From a virus, in the IMG/VR virus record IMGVR_UViG_3300008222_000004: 7,267 bases of DNA, one strand, 5' to 3'. Position 1 is the stretch's first letter, and every line of letters starts with the position of its first letter. The notes under the pieces are model-generated. The model made no database searches and was not told where the DNA came from. It was given only the letters and a program-made list of their open reading frames with translations. Made by a program: the position numbers and the translations under genes. Positions 5,206 through 7,267 of this stretch are shown here, piece after piece.

Positions 5206-5412
5206 TTGTCATATAGTGAAAATGAATATCAAGAAATGATAAAAAGAGATTTAGCTGAAATGTCAAAAATGATGTCAAGCAAAGGAGTAACAACGGTTAG
5301 AATTAAAAATGGAATATATGAAAAAGTAAAAGCAATCTGTGATAAAGAAAATTTAACAGTTGTCGATTATATTAACTCAGCAGTAGCAGAAAAAATCATA
5401 AGCGAAAAGTAG
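5206..5412 (+). CDS. Ribbon-helix-helix transcriptional regulator candidate, 68 aa, the only plus-strand gene
   Basis: The C-terminal half GVTTVRIKNGIYEKVKAICDKENLTVVDYINSAVAEKI fits a strand-helix-helix RHH pattern. It has a TTG start with SD AGAGG about 8 nt upstream. It is divergent from the structural operon and convergent with rep. Confidence 0.55.
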   Translation: MSYSENEYQEMIKRDLAEMSKMMSSKGVTTVRIKNGIYEKVKAICDKENLTVVDYINSAVAEKIISEK

Positions 5413-5422
5413 AAATAATGAG

Positions 5423-5445
5423 CGGGGAGTGGTTTGACCTCCCCG
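5423..5445. terminator. Hairpin between convergent genes, candidate bidirectional terminator
   Basis: The arms cggggag (5423..5429) and ctccccg (5439..5445) are GC-rich, with a 9-nt loop. Both flanks are AT-rich but have imperfect U tracts. It lies between the RHH gene stop (5412) and the rep stop (5456). Confidence 0.55.
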
Positions 5446-5455
5446 ATTATAAAAT

Positions 5456-7102
5456 TTAAATATTTTCATCCTTCGCGACTAAAGGACGTTTAATTAAAGA
5501 GATCCTGTCATCTAAAAACAGACCTTTAAAAAAACCTCTTCTATGCTTTGAATTTGCAATTGAATAAATATCATCTGCAATAGATTCTAAATAACTAGTA
5601 TTATGATTAAATTCGAGTGGAAATTGATATTTCACAACCTTAGTTTTAACCCGTTCGTCAAAACAATCCTCTTCAAATTCATCATGAGATTTACCGCGAG
5701 CATTAAAACCAGATTCAAAAGTTAAAAAATCATCAGCAAACTTATCAAGGCCAAAAAGATAACGGGCAACTGCAACAGAACCGCCAGACTCAGCTAAATC
5801 TAATACTAAATTTCTATGTTTAAGTTTTAATATTTGTTTCCATTCAACAGGCAAAATATGACAAAGTAAATCTGCTTTATCTTCTTCCTGCGAAATGATT
5901 TCTTCATCAGTAGCTTGCTTACCTAACCCGAAATGATCACGCAATCCTTTCGACCAACGCAACATGTTTTTACCTTTAATTGCTCGCGCGTAAAATAAAA
6001 ATAAAAATTTAGCTTCTTTACGTTGTTCCGGTGTTAAATCAGAATCAACAGAGTCAGAAAGCAAAGCCCACGGAGTCTTAGAACCTTTTTTACCAAGTTT
6101 TGTCATACCCTTGGTCGCTTCGTCCATCATATCCCAAGTTATTTTTTTACCCGATTTAGTTTCTAATATTTGCTCATCACTACCAAACTTAGAAATATAT
6201 TCACCTGCCTTGTCACCATTCTGTATATCAAGACCATTCATATTAGGCATACCCAAACCAGCACTAATAGACACCGATTTCCAACGGTTTAAAATATGAC
6301 GCCAAGCATCTGATTGATCATTTAAAATATAACCCTTATCAGTACGGTTTGTTGAAGGTAATTTCTTATCAGAAACAATGATTAAGTGAAAATGAGGATG
6401 CCAACCATTTAAACCATGCAAAACTTCAAATGATCTTATATTACCGATGATCCCATATTTATTTTTAAAACGAGTTGCCCAAGCACCCGCCCAAAATTTA
6501 GTTAATGCACAAGATATTTTAGGTAATAAATCTTCTATTTTATCCGATGCAGTGTGAGGGGTTGTAAGTGTCAAAAGAGATAAATTATTACCAATGGCCT
6601 CAGCTTGGTTGGCCATCACGCGTAATTCATTTGATTTACGTTCATTAATTTTAGCGGCACAAATGGGACAAGTTGAAGCACTAGCACAAGAGCTAAGCCC
6701 TGAATAAAAAGATTTTTTATTAGTTGAAGATTTAACAATTGAAACAGTCGAAGAAATATTAATTCTAGTACACGAACAAGTTCGATGATAAACAGGATAA
6801 CCACCTTTATTTAGTGGCGTATGATCACCATGAAAAAGATAGAGCGCATCCCTTGCGGCATCCTGTAGTTTAAAACGAATTTTTCGTGCCTCCTTAGTAG
6901 CTTCAACACTTGAAAGCTTACCAAGAACAACAAATTCGCCCGTTGATTCATCTAAAAACTCAGATGATTTTTTAGGGGGGGTACGTAACTTTGCATATAT
7001 ACCGAGGGGCTCACCGCCCATTCTTTGCTCAGCCTTCGCCATCACAGGCGATGAGCCCCCACAAAAACTTGTATTTTTTAATAATACTTTGCTATTATTC
7101 AT
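5456..7102 (-). CDS. Rolling-circle replication initiator (HUH endonuclease, Rep_1 / pC194 / phage gene II-type), 548 aa
   Basis: Motif I is LLTLTTP (6557..6577). Motif II (HUH) is HPHFHLIIV (HPHFHL at 6383..6400). Motif III is GEYISKF with Tyr302 at 6197..6199. An upstream Cys cluster, HRTCSC...GLSSCASASTCPICAAKINER (6659..6778), is typical of gene II/X-family phage and plasmid Reps. The SD is weak, so the exact start is uncertain. Confidence 0.9.
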   Translation of the reverse strand: MNNSKVLLKNTSFCGGSSPVMAKAEQRMGGEPLGIYAKLRTPPKKSSEFLDESTGEFVVLGKLSSVEATKEARKIRFKLQDAARDALYLFHGDHTPLNKGGYPVYHRTCSCTRINISSTVSIVKSSTNKKSFYSGLSSCASASTCPICAAKINERKSNELRVMANQAEAIGNNLSLLTLTTPHTASDKIEDLLPKISCALTKFWAGAWATRFKNKYGIIGNIRSFEVLHGLNGWHPHFHLIIVSDKKLPSTNRTDKGYILNDQSDAWRHILNRWKSVSISAGLGMPNMNGLDIQNGDKAGEYISKFGSDEQILETKSGKKITWDMMDEATKGMTKLGKKGSKTPWALLSDSVDSDLTPEQRKEAKFLFLFYARAIKGKNMLRWSKGLRDHFGLGKQATDEEIISQEEDKADLLCHILPVEWKQILKLKHRNLVLDLAESGGSVAVARYLFGLDKFADDFLTFESGFNARGKSHDEFEEDCFDERVKTKVVKYQFPLEFNHNTSYLESIADDIYSIANSKHRRGFFKGLFLDDRISLIKRPLVAKDENI

Positions 7103-7144
7103 AATGAATTAAACCTAGAAGCCGTCGAAGCTGTGGTTAATTTA

Positions 7145-7267
7145 AAGTTTTAAAGCGCTATCGGATTGCTGTCTGATAGCGTTTTTTCGTTTTACTCATA
7201 CTACTTAGTAATCAATCATTTCGCAAAATAAATCCATCCCAGTAACAGGCATTCCCTCATAATCTTA
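7145..7267. repeat. Terminal redundancy, copy 2, identical to 1..123
   Basis: Same 123-bp string as the window start. It is not an independent element. Confidence 0.95.

Larger units (their letters stand above)
1..7144 (-). mobile_element. Complete circular filamentous-phage (Inoviridae-like) genome or replicative form, unit length 7144 bp
   Basis: The exact 123-bp end overlap (1..123 = 7145..7267) closes the circle. Gene order is Rep, ssDNA-binding candidate, small membrane protein, major coat, pIII-like, pVI-like, Zot/pI, tightly packed on one strand. The size is typical of inoviruses. Confidence 0.85.

Noticed and set aside
6111-6804. Small ORFs 6111..6299 (+) and 6616..6804 (-) inside rep
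   Set aside because: They are embedded in the Rep CDS, either antisense or out of frame. The Rep frame carries all three HUH motifs, so these are spurious.

Overview
The window is one complete, circularly permuted genome of a small filamentous (Inoviridae-like) phage or its replicative form. Bases 1..123 are repeated exactly at 7145..7267, so the unit length is 7144 bp and the end repeat is a circular-assembly overlap. The sequence is visibly AT-rich, and every gene but one lies on the minus strand in classic inovirus order. That order is: rolling-circle Rep (5456..7102, pC194/phiX174-type HUH motifs), a small OB-like ssDNA-binding candidate (4770..5072), a small membrane protein (4530..4769), and a pVIII-like major coat protein (4286..4495) followed by a strong terminator. 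Next come a 501-aa pIII-like adsorption protein with Gly/Asp linkers and tandem repeats (2644..4149), a hydrophobic pVI-like protein (2252..2659) and a Zot/pI assembly ATPase (878..2251). I found no pIV secretin, integrase or convincing dif-like attP. Three parts do not fit the canonical core. (1) A plus-strand ribbon-helix-helix (RHH) gene (5206..5412) sits between rep and the structural operon, beside about five 11-bp iterons. (2) A self-promoted, translationally coupled two-gene cassette (64-aa unknown protein plus 71-aa RHH protein, 245..656) occupies the post-zot locus where CTXphi carries ctxAB. (3) Two imperfect 41-bp direct repeats bracket that cassette, each built from two TGATATCA palindromes exactly 33 bp apart; one contains the pC194/phiX174 nick motif CTTGATA. 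All functional calls rest on motifs, composition and synteny read by eye, with no database search.
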